Shown: positions 1-10,344 of the stretch, piece after piece
Position numbering within the stretch: the first letter of the stretch is position 1
Layout: every line of letters begins with the position of its first letter
Origin: Chiloscyllium plagiosum
Taxonomy: Eukaryota
DNA length: 24,374 nt
Direction of reading: 5' to 3'
Assembly (NCBI RefSeq): GCF_004010195.1
Contig: NC_057752.1
Span: 11,441,160 to 11,465,533, forward strand
Notes under the pieces: generated by a model
What the model was told of the DNA's origin: nothing
What the model saw: the letters and a program-made list of their open reading frames with translations, nothing else
Database searches by the model: none
Position numbers and translations under genes: made by a program

Positions 1-354
1 GAGGTGTTCGGCAAAGCAGTCACTCAGTCTGTGTTTGGTCTCATTAAAGGAGGCCCTGTAAGTTCAAAGAACACGACCTCCTATTCTGCTGATGCACTTT
101 ACAGTCTTGAAGCCTCAATATGGAATGTCATAGCTTTTTTTTCTTGCATTTTTCCCCTAACACCCTCTCAAACATTTTCCTCTTTACTTTGTTGTCAGTG
201 GGGAGGGCCCACTCTTTCCCTTTCACACCCATTTTGCATCTTTCCTTTCACCGCCATTAACAACACTTTTGTCTCTTGCACTGGGCCTTTAATACATTGG
301 TTCCCCATATCTCTCTTTCAAAAGTAAATATAAAACAAAAAAACAGTCATTTCC

Positions 355-480
355 TGTCATCTTTCAGCTCTGAAGAAGAGTTGTGTTGGGTTTGAAACAT
401 TAACTGTGTTTCTTCTGACATAGATACTGAGAGGCCTGCTGAATTTCTCCAGGGTTCTCTGGTTTTGCTCTGCAAATTAT
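355..480 (+). mobile_element. Penelope-type terminal repeat fragment with decayed hammerhead-like motif
   Basis: ctgaaga (370-376)...gaaac (394-398) followed by ...cctgctgaatttctccag; reverse complement of similar copies at ~7725-7820 and ~8705-8810. Confidence 0.5.
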
Positions 481-637
481 ATTGGCATTGAGTTAGAAAT
501 GTAATGCTGAAGGGAATTACGAAGTGGCACATTTAGAGAGACAGAATAAATCCGCTTATCTGAGCAGAAGGACAAGGGCAAGCCTTATTAAACCTGCACA
601 ATATGGACTTCAGGGTCAGAAATACTGTCTCCTAATG

Positions 638-1110
638 AAGTCAAAAAGTATGGCGCTGGAAAATCACAGCAGGTCAGGGAGCATCCTAAGAGCAGGGGAA
701 TCAACATTTCGGGCATAAGCCCTTCATCAAGAAGGGGTCTAAGAGATAAGTAGGAGGATGGGGGTTGGGCTGGGGGTAAGGTAGCTGGGAAGGCATTAGG
801 TAGATGGGAAGTGACAATGATAGGTTGGAGCGGAGGGAGGAGGTGGGTAGGAAGACGGACAGGTCGGACAGTTCAAGACAAAAGTGCCAAGTTGGAGGGT
901 TGGATCTGGGATGAGGTGGGGGGAGGGGAGATGAGGAAACTAGTGAAATCGACTTTGAAGTCATGTGGTTGGAGGGTCCCAAGGTAGAAGATGAGGCATT
1001 CTTCCTCCAGTTGTCGGGTGGCTAGGATTTGGCAGTGGAGGAGGCCCAGTACCAACGCAGAAGATGAGGCGTTCTTCCATGTCTCCTGAAGAAGGTGACT
1101 GAGCACAGAT
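638..1110 (-). mobile_element. 3' end of a Penelope-like retroelement (ORF C-terminus plus terminal repeat with decayed hammerhead)
   Basis: Minus ORF 873-1106 contains VLGLLHCQILATRQLEEECLIFYLGTLQPHDFKVDF, resembling the C-terminus that follows the GIY-YIG domain of Penelope ORFs. Downstream on the minus strand is ttgatga-agggc-ttat-gccc-gaaat (~700-733). Confidence 0.7.
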
Positions 1111-1589
1111 GGACATTAACAATTCCAAATCTAGCTATTAACCAATTACAAAGTATTTGATCAACTTTTCATATCATTTGTCAAAGATTGCCTGTTTAGA
1201 AAGGTGGTACTGATGATTTGATGAATGATGAAGATTAGGGAATTTCAGTGCATGACATTCTGAGTGTCCTGTAAACCCAGTGAGCAGGAAGAATCACTCG
1301 TAATCATCTTCCCTTTGGCTAAAACTGAATTCATGCAAGCTTAAATTTAGTGCACACATCAAGTTTTCATATATCCGAGCAATTTCCACCACCAATAACA
1401 TTAAAGAACTTAAACTTTGAAATGACGCCATTGTATAGGAGAGTCAATGCAGACAATTGAGACCTGTGCTCCAATATGAACCTCTAGTGTATTAATAGGT
1501 AGGGGAACAACTTGCAGGCGTGAATGGTCCCCTACTGCTCCTATCTTTGTACACCATGTTCTTCTGATCAGTTTGCTGGAATAACAGAG

Positions 1590-1670
1590 AAACCAGGAGG
1601 CCTGGGTTCAAGTCCCACCTGTTCCAGAGGTGTGTAATGCCACCTCTGAACAGGTTTATCTGAAATTGTT
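1590..1670 (+). mobile_element. tRNA-derived SINE-like fragment
   Basis: B-box-like ggttcaagtcc followed by hairpin tgttccagaggtg...cacctctgaaca; similar to 2975-3085. Confidence 0.45.
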
Positions 1671-2114
1671 GTAACATCGAGATCAGCAGAAGGCACACCT
1701 GAATGTCCAGTTTCCCAGCAGATGTTAGCAAGAGTAAATCCAGGGATAGAAGTAAATCAAGTTGACGATCTTAAAAGAAATGACTGACTGGTTCCAGTTG
1801 CTTGCTTATGGCAGATAAATTACATTTTGAACTTGATTCCTCTCAGGAAACAACCATAAATCCCTGAGCACAATGAAACCTGTCTGTAATGAATGTTCTT
1901 TGAGTAAAATATGTTTTTGTTATATGATGTGGTTAACTGTGATGAGGATAATGTAGTGAGTTACCAAGTCACCCTGAGAGGTTATTTCGTTCTGATGTAT
2001 ATGACTCTGCCCTTTCAGCTCGTGTACATATCAAACTGATATTTCATTCAACATCCTCCTTGACTTGGCGTTATGCTGATAGTCAAGATTCTTTTTTTGT
2101 TTATTTTGGTTTAG

Positions 2115-2402
2115 ATAAACCCGTGATAATGGCAGGCCCGATCTGCACCATATCTGAGCATTGGATAAATTGCACTTGCACCTCCAAAGCCAATCCACCA
2201 GCCAACATGACATGGGCAACCAATGGGAGAATGATCCGTGGGAACAGCTCAGTTGGAGAAGCCGACACATGGGACGAGAGGACTTCCAGTCTGCACCTCT
2301 CGCTGATGCATGATCATCCAAATCAAACTGGGGATGTGATCGCGTGTGTTGCAACCAATGAGCATGGCAATAGCACGAGCAAGTATCAGCTCCCCTCTGA
2401 TG
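2115..2402 (+). CDS. Exon encoding the membrane-proximal C2-type Ig domain of a Siglec/MAG-like receptor; upstream exons not found in this window
   Basis: Pyrimidine-rich acceptor ...ttttggtttag|AT and donor G|gtacat; 288 bp, phase 1-1 as expected for an Ig exon. Translation KPVIMAGPICTISEHWINCTCTSKANPPANMTW...DVIACVATNEHG has the C-x8-C-x-C...NP...W and C-x-A-x-N-x-x-G pattern of the membrane-proximal domains of MAG and CD33-related Siglecs. Confidence 0.88.
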
Positions 2403-2464
2403 GTACATGTTGAGTTTATCCATTTTTACTACTTCTATGTAAGTTGGTCCATCACTTGTGATAA

Positions 2465-2572
2465 ACCTGTCAAGAAGGCAGCTAACCACCACCCTCTCCA
2501 GGGCAAATAGGGATGGGCTATCAATGCTGGCCAGCCAGTGATGCCCAAATCCCACATATGAATAAAAAAAAC
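2465..2572 (+). mobile_element. LINE/SINE 3' tail fragment ending in aataaaaaaa
   Basis: caagaaggcagctaaccaccaccctctccagggcaaatagggatggg...atgaataaaaaaa; reverse-complement counterpart at ~8003-8150. Confidence 0.6.
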
Positions 2573-2974
2573 TATATATGAACTTTATCAGTGTCAGCAA
2601 ACACCAGCTTCATTCAGCAGGTGTAGACTGAATCCATAGCTTATTATGGACTACTGTCCATTACTTGAACAGCATTAAACAATTTATGTTTCTGTCTTCT
2701 GACATTTTCAAGGGCCATGTGCAATTAAATTGTTTGAACAGCAGTGGTGCTGGAAGATAAAACATTTGCTTTGAATACCTGATGTTATTTCACTGTATGC
2801 TACTTTGTGCAGTCTACCTCGATGGACGTGCTCACGTATCTGTAACCTGCTCAGACTGATGCCCAATCTATCTGGTCACGATCAAAACACCCACTCTGAA
2901 TAGCATTGTCTCAATCTTACGAACGTCTATTAGGCTCTATCGTGAAATTGGACCATGTGTCCTTTGGGCTCAGG

Positions 2975-3085
2975 AGGGTGCTTGTGGCACAATGGTAGTG
3001 TCCGTACCTCTGAGCCAGGAGGCCTGGGTTATAGTCCCACCAGAGGTGGATCACAGCAACCGTGGACAGGTTGATTGAAAAATAT
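2975..3085 (+). mobile_element. tRNA-derived SINE-like element
   Basis: A-box-like tggcacaatggt and B-box-like ggttatagtcc; shares ccaggaggcctgggtt...agtcccacc with 1590-1670. Confidence 0.5.
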
Positions 3086-3388
3086 TGATGCTGCTCAGAA
3101 GAAGGCCATGGTTGATCAAACAGTGCGTTGTCCTGGGGATCATGTTGCAATCCTTGATTTTCTCAGATGTGTTCAGTACATCAGAATGTGGAGATGACAT
3201 TTTGTTGTTTATCTATGTTTTTGCATCCCAGCATAACTCAGTAACAGAAGGAGAAACAGGTTATGACAGGTGAAGTCCCTAATCTATCTTTTGTATCATG
3301 GTGTCATCATGAAGCATAATTTGGTGCAGGATTGTTGATTCACAAAAATTCCTTCCTGTGTAACATTGTTCATTTCTACATATTTTAG

Positions 3389-3482
3389 GTGGGAAGTCTG
3401 TGACAATTATCCTCATGGTTGGAGGAATAACAGTGGGACTCGGTGTTTTCATTGCGATTGCAGCCATCATGAAGTTACGGAT
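3389..3482 (+). CDS. Transmembrane exon of the Siglec-like receptor
   Basis: Acceptor tattttag|GT and donor AT|gtaagt; phase 1 in, phase 2 out. Encodes (G)GKSVTIILMVGGITVGLGVFIAIAAIMKLR, a hydrophobic helix followed by basic stop-transfer residues. Confidence 0.88.
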
Positions 3483-4063
3483 GTAAGTGCTCAACAGAAT
3501 AAGATCTCACTCTCCACCCAAACGTGTGAATAATGTGCTGAGATTATCATCCACAATGAACATTTGGATGAGTTAATGCAGGATGTCTGTGGGACACCAG
3601 TTCCCTGGCCAACTATTTTTATCTACAACATAGAGATGGTGGTGTGTGGTTCAATCAGTTGTCGGTGCATTATAGTTTGCATTTGCATTGTTATCTCTTG
3701 TTTGCATCTGCTCAATGAGCAAATCATCTCTTGCCATTACTGAGTTCTCTCACAGAAGGTTTTATTTTGTCATGTGATGTACATAGCTGGTCTTTAGTGC
3801 TTAAAGGAAGTGCACGGTGACAGAGAATTTGTGTTCTTTACCCTCCTTGTCGTTAGGTCACAGTACAAGCATGAGCAGCAAAGCATTGCAATTCGTAACA
3901 CGATGTGAAAATGATTGAAACAGTTGCAGAATGAAGTACACTGTATGAGAATGAGTACATGACTGCACTAAAGGAAGTCACAGCAGCAGAGCTTACTCTC
4001 GTGATATTCCTCTCTTGTGTGTGTAGGAAGTCATGGACACTTGCAGTGTCTCTGGCCCCCTAT

Positions 4064-4366
4064 ATTAGATTAGATTCCCTGCAGTGTGGAAGCAGACCCT
4101 TTGGCCCAACTAGTCCACACTCCCTCCAAAGAGTAACCCACCCAGACCCATTCCCCCTGACTAACTCTACAGTCAATTTAGCATGATCAATTCACCTAAC
4201 CTGCACATCTTTGGACTGTGGGAGGAAACCGGAGCACCCGGAGGAAACCCACGCAGACACAGGGAGAACGTGCAAACTCCACACAGACCGTCGCCTGAGG
4301 CTGGAATCGAACCCAGGTCCCTGGCGCTGTGAGGCAGCAGTGCTAACCACTGAGCCACCGTGCCGC
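4064..4366 (-). mobile_element. HE1/V-SINE-type SINE inserted in CR1 ORF1
   Basis: Minus strand begins gcggcacggtggctcagtggttagcactgctgcctcacagc (A box), then gggttcgattcc (B box), V-domain-like gggtttcctccgggtgctccggtttcctccc and a (tctaa)n tail. Confidence 0.88.
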
Positions 4367-5314
4367 TCCTATGCGAAGGACGTAAGGATGTACAGCTCCT
4401 GACTGGTCACGTTTCGGAGCTGGAGCTGCAGCTGGATTCACTGAGGGGCATATGCGATGCTGAGGTTGTCATGGACAGCACATTCCATGAGCTGGTCACA
4501 CCGTAGGTAAAAACTGAACAGGCAGAAAGGGTGACCGCTGGGCAGAGTAGAGGAAGGAGTTCCCGTGTGCACCCCCTATCTAACAGAGAAACAAATTTGG
4601 ATACTGTTTAGGAGAGATGACTTTGTAGGGGTTAGTCACAGGATCAAGGCCTATGGGACCGTGGGTGACTCTGCAGGACAGGAGAGGAGGAAGCAGAATG
4701 GTGGGGCTAGAGTGACAGGGGATTCATTAGTAAGGCAAAGGAATTGGTGGTACAACAGCTGCCAAAGAGGCTTCAGGATGGTATGTTACCTCCCTGATGG
4801 ACAGGGTCAAAGTTATCTCGGAGTAGCTAAAGGGCAATCTGCAAGAGGAGAGTGAAGAACCAGTGGTCATGATACGTGTCTGTACCAATGACACAAGTTT
4901 AAAAAATAGATGAGTTCCTATAAGTTGAGTATAAGGAGTTAGGTCATTGATTAAAAAGTAGAACCCCAAAAGGTAGTAATATCGAGATCAGTGCCACATG
5001 CTAGTGAGAGTAAACGTAGCAGGATATAACAGGTGTCTGTTGAAATACTGTCAGTGGAGGGATTCAGATTCCTGGGATTTTGGGAGCAGTTCTGGGGAAG
5101 GTGAGACTGGATGAAGATGTATCCAGTCAGGACTGGGATGAATGTAGGTGGTGGGCTCTTTTCTAATGCTGTTAGGTAAAGTTTAACCTGGAACGGCAGG
5201 GAGCGAGGAACCTCAGGAGTGGCAGGGAGACAGAGAAGGGGAGAACAAGGATAGGGACAAAAGTCAGAAAAGTAAGAAGCAAAAGTGCAAGGCAGAAGAA
5301 AAGAAGGGTGCTGA

Positions 5315-5635
5315 ACAGCACAGTGGCTCAGTGGTTAGTATTGCTGTCTCACAGCACCAGGGACCTGGGTTCAATTCCAGTTTCGGGCAACTGTCTGTGT
5401 GGAGATTGCACATTCTTCCCTGTGCCTGCATGGGTTTCCTCCCACAATCCAAAGATGTGCAGGTTAGGGTGGATTGGCCATGCTAACTTGCCCTGTAGTG
5501 TTCAGGGATGTGTAGGCTAGGTGGGTTAGCCATGGGAAAGGCAAGGTGATAGTGTAGGCGGGTGGGCTGCACTTCAGAGGGGTGATGTGGATTGATGGGC
5601 CGAATAGCCTGTATCCACACTGTGGGGATTCTATG
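5315..5635 (+). mobile_element. HE1/V-SINE-type SINE
   Basis: cagcacagtggctcagtggttag...gggttcaattcc...ccaaagatgtgcaggttagg...ccacactgtggggattctatg. Confidence 0.85.
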
Positions 5636-7444
5636 GCTAGCAAAGGTACAAGTGTAAAGGCAATGTGTCAAACATGAACAATAGACTACATAAATCTCCA
5701 AGGCAAACAAATACACATGGCAACGATCATTTTGGAATTGCAGAGACCTGGCTGCACAATGGCCAAAGGATGGGAACGGAAGTTCCAAGCGAATGTATCA
5801 TTTAGGAAGGGCAGACAAATCAGAAAAGGAGCTGGGGTGGCTCTGTTAATAAAAAGGTGAATTGTAACTAAAGATACTGGCTCTGAAAATTATCATGCAG
5901 ATTTTAACTGGGTGAAGGTAAGAAACACCAAAGGGCAGACAGTTTTGGTTTTCTATCAGCCTCCAAACAGCAGTCAGGATGTCAGGGAAGACAGTCAACG
6001 GAAGATTAAAGATGCATGCACTTAGAATACAACTTTAATCATGGGTGACTTCAATTGACAGAGATTGGATACACCAAAGCAGTAATAATACTGTGGAAGA
6101 GGATTTATTACGGTGTACATGCATGAATCTTTAGACCAATATGTTGTGGAACCAACTGGAGAGCAGGCTATCCTAGACTTGGTCGTGGGCGATGAGAAAG
6201 GGTAAATGAACAATCTTCCTGTATAGGATCTTGGGGAAGAGTGACCATAATGTGATAAAAGTGTTCATTAAGCTGGAGGGTGAAGAAGGTGAATCTGAAA
6301 CGAAGGTCCTGAATCTAAATAAAGGTTGTGATGAATGTTTGAGGCATGAGTTTTTATTGATGGATTGGGGAACCTTACTAAATGGGCCCAGCAATAGATA
6401 AGTAATGGGTAATATTTAAGGAAGGTATGTATGAATTGCAATAATTATTCATTCCTGTCCAGCGCAAGGAAAGGGGACCCAACTATAGTTTACAAAATAA
6501 ATTAGTTCAAGGAAGGAGACAAATATAATTGCCAAAATAATAAATCAGCAAGCCTGAGGACTGGGAACAATTTTGAATTCATTAAAAGAGGACAAAAAGA
6601 TTGTTTAAGAGTGGGGGAAGTAAAGTATGAGATTATGCTTTCAGGAAAAATAACAATGGATTTAAAAGCTTCTACAAATGTGTGAACAGATAACGATCAG
6701 CAAAGGCAATCAGAAAGGTGGGAAATTATAATGGAAACAAAGAAATGTCAGATAATTCAGACACAAATTTGGTTCTGACTTCACAAAAGAGAACACAAAT
6801 ATTTTCCCAGAAAGCTTAGAGAACCAAGGGACTAGTGAGAGGAAGGAATTGAAGAAGATCAGTATGAGTTAAAAGGAAAATGGCCTAAAGAAAAGATTGG
6901 GGTTAAAAGCTGATAAATCACTAGGCCTTAATAATCTCCTTGCAATGAATTTAAGGAGCCGACCCTGGAAATACATTGGTGGCCATCCTGCAGTATTCTA
7001 CTGATACTGGAGCAATTCCTACAGCTTGAGGTGTGATAAGCATAACCCCACTATTTAAAAAGGAGAGAGACAGAAAAAACACCTAGGTAATCACAGACCT
7101 GTTAGCCTAGAAGTGGGGGAAATGCAATTTATTGCTAAAAGACTTCAGCATCATTTGTGGGATTAAACAAAATGAGCATGACCTTATGAAAGGGATATCA
7201 TGCCGAACTAATCTACTGGAGATTTCTGAGGATTTATCCCCTAGAATAGATCAGGGAGAACCAGTGGATGTGGTGTATTTAGATTTGAGGAAGGGTTTTG
7301 ATGAGGTCTCATAACAGAGGCTGGTGGGTAGGATTACTGCACATGAAATGGGGGTGATAGGCTGTCACGGATTGAGAATTGGTTGTCAGACTCAGACCAG
7401 GAACTGGGAATAAGAACAAATGGATCTTTACCACATAGCAGGTA

Positions 7445-7620
7445 GTATTCCCACTTGAGACAGAGCGCTAATGGCAGTTTCAGCTGAGGGTCACCACACC
7501 TCAGGTCAAAAAGGTGAGCACCTTCATGGGGACTTCAGCCGTGGGGTCAGGAGTTAGACCCATGCTATTGGTTCCCTTCCACATCACAAACTAGCTGTCC
7601 AGGCAACTGAACTGACCAAC
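7445..7620 (-). mobile_element. Decayed tRNA-derived SINE
   Basis: Minus strand starts gttggtcagttcagttgcctgg (A-box-like head) and contains the hairpin cctgaggtgtggtgaccctcag. Confidence 0.45.
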
Positions 7621-7724
7621 CTCTCACTTAACAAGCCATTAAATATAGTTGGTATATTTTGTAAGCAAGAAAATCCTTTTCCTGACATTCTGCTGTTCTT
7701 GATCACACCCAGTACATTCTAGAA

Positions 7725-7820
7725 CACACAAAAACTGAAATTTGCTGGAGAAATTCTGGCAGCATCTGTGAATGGAGAAACAGTTAATATTTTGAGTCCA
7801 GTATTCCTTCCCAAAATGTT
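7725..7820 (-). mobile_element. Penelope-type terminal repeat fragment
   Basis: tgctggagaaa...ctggcagcatctgtg...gagaaacagttaa, the same repeat as 8705-8810. Confidence 0.45.
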
Positions 7821-7881
7821 TTATATTTGATTAAGGTTCAAGATGTCATTCTGAGAAATGCATGTATCTGTCTTTATTCAG

Positions 7882-7972
7882 GAAGAAGTCGGAAGAGACC
7901 TCCTTTGACGCCAGAATGAATGATGATGATTTCATAATTTATAGTTCTCTACGATTGTCAACAAACACTGAG
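7882..7972 (+). CDS. Cytoplasmic exon 1 with ITIM (IIYSSL)
   Basis: Acceptor tctttattcag|G and donor GAG|gtaaat; phase 2 in, which matches the TM exon, phase 0 out. Encodes (M)KKSEETSFDARMNDDDFIIYSSLRLSTNTE; ITIM at 7934-7951. Confidence 0.82.
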
Positions 7973-8002
7973 GTAAATGATACTGAGCTTCCTTTTCTTT
8001 TG

Positions 8003-8150
8003 CAGACTGGGTCAATATTTATTGCCCACCCGTAATTACCCCTGAGGAGGTAGTGGTGAGCTGCCTTCTTGAACTGCTACAGTCCTTTTGGGCATGTGCA
8101 CAACCAGATATGGTGATGGGAATTGCAGGGCTTAATTCAGGAACAATTAA
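8003..8150 (-). mobile_element. LINE 3' tail fragment
   Basis: tttattgccca...ggtagtggtgagctgccttcttgaac is the reverse complement of the family at 2465-2572. Confidence 0.55.
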
Positions 8151-8460
8151 CTTGGGGGTAGACGATGGCTAAGAATGGAAGATTTTCTTTTTGTATTAAG
8201 ACAAAGCAATTGCATCTTAATATGTTCGAATCACACTGGCCAAATGTGATCCCATATTGGTGCATTGCCTGTTTGTGTCAATCTACAATGAAAAGTTGAG
8301 TTCAGGCCTCAGTGCCCTGTAGTGGTCATCTCCCAGACAAGGGACATAAGGACATTTATAGGGATAACAGTGTGTTCTGGTCCGCAGAGCACACTATCAC
8401 CACCTTCAGGTCACGTTAAAATTAGCTCCATATCTGAACTCAACTCCTTTAACTTTACAG

Positions 8461-8541
8461 AGTGACTCTCATGCACTTGGCCAGCAATTGACGGAAACTA
8501 CTCAGAATAAGCCCATTGTGTATGCAGCGATCAGACTCTGA
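8461..8541 (+). CDS. Terminal coding exon with distal ITIM-like motif (IVYAAI) and stop codon
   Basis: Acceptor ctcctttaactttacag|, phase 0. Encodes SDSHALGQQLTETTQNKPIVYAAIRL, TGA at 8539-8541; motif at 8515-8532. Confidence 0.82.
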   Translation, partial: SDSHALGQQLTETTQNKPIVYAAIRL

Positions 8542-8704
8542 AAACATCACCAACATCAAAAGTGCGCCGGAGTTGTGCCGTCAGATTTTCTGCTGATGCT
8601 AATGGCCATACCCTAACACATAAATCTGTACCGACACCATCGCCTTGCAGAATGAGAATAGAATACTTAGAACGCTTTATTTTACTGTCACAAACTTCAG
8701 ACTG

Positions 8705-8810
8705 TTGGAACAAACAAAGAATGCTGGAGAAGCTCAGCAGGTCTGGCAGCATCTGCAGAGAGAGAAACAGAGTTAACGTTTCAGGTCTGGTATGACTTCT
8801 TCAGAACTGT
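8705..8810 (-). mobile_element. Penelope-type terminal repeat fragment with near-intact hammerhead core, downstream of the stop codon
   Basis: Minus strand 8808-8771 reads AGTT-CTGAAGA-AGTCATACCAGACCT-GAAAC-GTT-AACT. Confidence 0.55.
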
Positions 8811-9265
8811 TTATTTTATTCCGCATTTCCAGCCTGGTCAGAGTCGGATGTTTGTTGGAGTTCAGTATAAACTCATTTTTGCCAAATCACGTTGAACATT
8901 TTTGTTCCTATTCAGTGAAAAAGAACTTTTTGCTTAAAGAAATCTTATCGTCAAAGCATCATTGTCTGTTAACCTGCTGAAATACATGACTATAGTCCAT
9001 GAACATCCAAACCTACAGCAAAGATTGCAAAGAAAAAACTGGCACAATTTCTACGGTTGTGATATTTTGATTGTTGCTGTCTATTTTAAATCCATTAAAC
9101 CGCAGAGCAAAATGGGAAGCAATGTATGAACCAGACATTCTGGATCAACAGAAAGCAGCAGTTATTCCATTGTACTCCACAGCAGAGTACTCTGACCCTC
9201 TCTGGCAGAGTTCGTTACAAACAAACACTACTTACTGTCCAATGCAGAAAGGTGCATTATGTTTG

Positions 9266-9626
9266 GAATTTTAAGAGGTCTGGATAGAGTGGATATGGTG
9301 AAGATGTTTCCACTAGAAGGAGACATTAGGACCTGAGGGCACAGCCTCAGAGTGAAGGGACGGCTCTTTAGAACTGAGATGAGGAGGAATTTCTTCAGCC
9401 AGAGGGTGGGGAATCTGTGGGACTGATTGCCACAGAGGGCTGTGGAGGCCAAGTCAGTGAGTGTGTTTCAGACAGAGATAGGCAGGCTCTTGATTCTTAA
9501 GGGAATTGAGGGTAACGTGGAGAAGGCAAATGAATGGGGTGGAGAAACATATCAACCATGATCAAGTGGCGGAGCAGACTCGATGGGCCGAATGGCCTAA
9601 TTTTGCTCCTGTATCTTTTGCTCTTA
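9266..9626 (+). mobile_element. CR1 LINE 3' end
   Basis: Encodes GLDRVD...FRTEMRRNFFSQRVGNLW; 3' UTR gatgggccgaatggcctaattttgctcct. Confidence 0.85.
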
Positions 9627-9979
9627 TAGAACTTTCCACATGGAATCACAGAATCGTAGCATTGTTACATTGCAGAAGGAGACAATTCAGTGCATTGTGT
9701 TTACGTGGGATATCAAACGAACATTACGGTTTTTGTGCCATTCCACTGTTTTAATCCTGTACCTTTCACAATTTGTGTTCAATGCTGTTGTGAATGGTTC
9801 AGTTCACTCTGCATCCACTATTGCCGCAGAGCATCCCAGATGCAAGCCATTCTTTGATTGTACAAATAAAAATTGATTTCCTCTCTCATCAGATTTGCTA
9901 CTTTTAAAACTCATTATAAATCTGAGCCCTCTTGCTCTCAATCCTTGTTTAAGAGGGGGAATAGTTTCTCCTTATTGGA

Positions 9980-10070
9980 GACAAAAACAAAAGGTATGAA
10001 GAAACTCAGCAGGTTTGGCAGCATTTGAGGAGCAGGAGAATCGACATTTCGGGGATAAACCCTTCATCTA
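9980..10070 (-). mobile_element. Penelope-type terminal fragment with decayed hammerhead
   Basis: gagcaggagaatcgacatttcggggataaacccttcatc parallels 690-730. Confidence 0.5.
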
Positions 10071-10344
10071 ATCCAGGAGAGCAGCCAGTCCCACAGACCT
10101 ATCCTCATCACTGAAGTTTCTCACTCTTGGACACTTTCTGGTCAACCTCTTCTGCACTCTCTCAACTGCATTTCATTCTTTCCGATAGTGTGATGTCCAG
10201 AATGTACACAATACTTCAGTGGAGGGACAACAAACTAATCGGATGACGCCATGGCAACCTCTTTGCTACTGTGATGCTGCTGTGATGTTGAGAGGTTATT
10301 TTGTCCTGTTTTTTTTGTTGAAGAGAAGTTTTAAGACAGAACTG

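Larger units (their letters stand above)
3955..7440 (+). mobile_element. Old, disrupted CR1 LINE retaining ORF1, the APE endonuclease and the start of RT; intronic, sense to the gene
   Basis: ORF1 esterase-like motifs VTGDSLVR (~4712), MVCYLP and VCTND (~4878). Endonuclease-type motifs IMGDFN (~6038) and PTGEQAILDLV. RT-start motifs SCRTNLLE and PVDVVYLDLRKGFDEV (7132-7314). Many stops and frameshifts. Confidence 0.82.

Noticed and set aside
2031..2600. 189-aa minus-strand ORF
   Set aside because: Antisense shadow of the Ig exon with no recognisable motif.
4211..4402. Recurring small ORFs (DCGRKPEHPEETHADTGR / MAQWLALLPHSARD) that look like a gene family
   Set aside because: They are translations of the HE1/V-SINE copies, also at 5264, 13668, 21268 and 21886.
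2115..8541. Assigning a gene symbol such as MAG, CD22 or CD33
   Set aside because: The tail does not resemble what I recall of MAG, the N-terminal domains are absent, and orthology cannot be established without a search.
8542..9880. Definite poly(A) site for the gene
   Set aside because: Candidates ATTAAA (9094) and AATAAA (9865) exist, but neither can be chosen from sequence alone.
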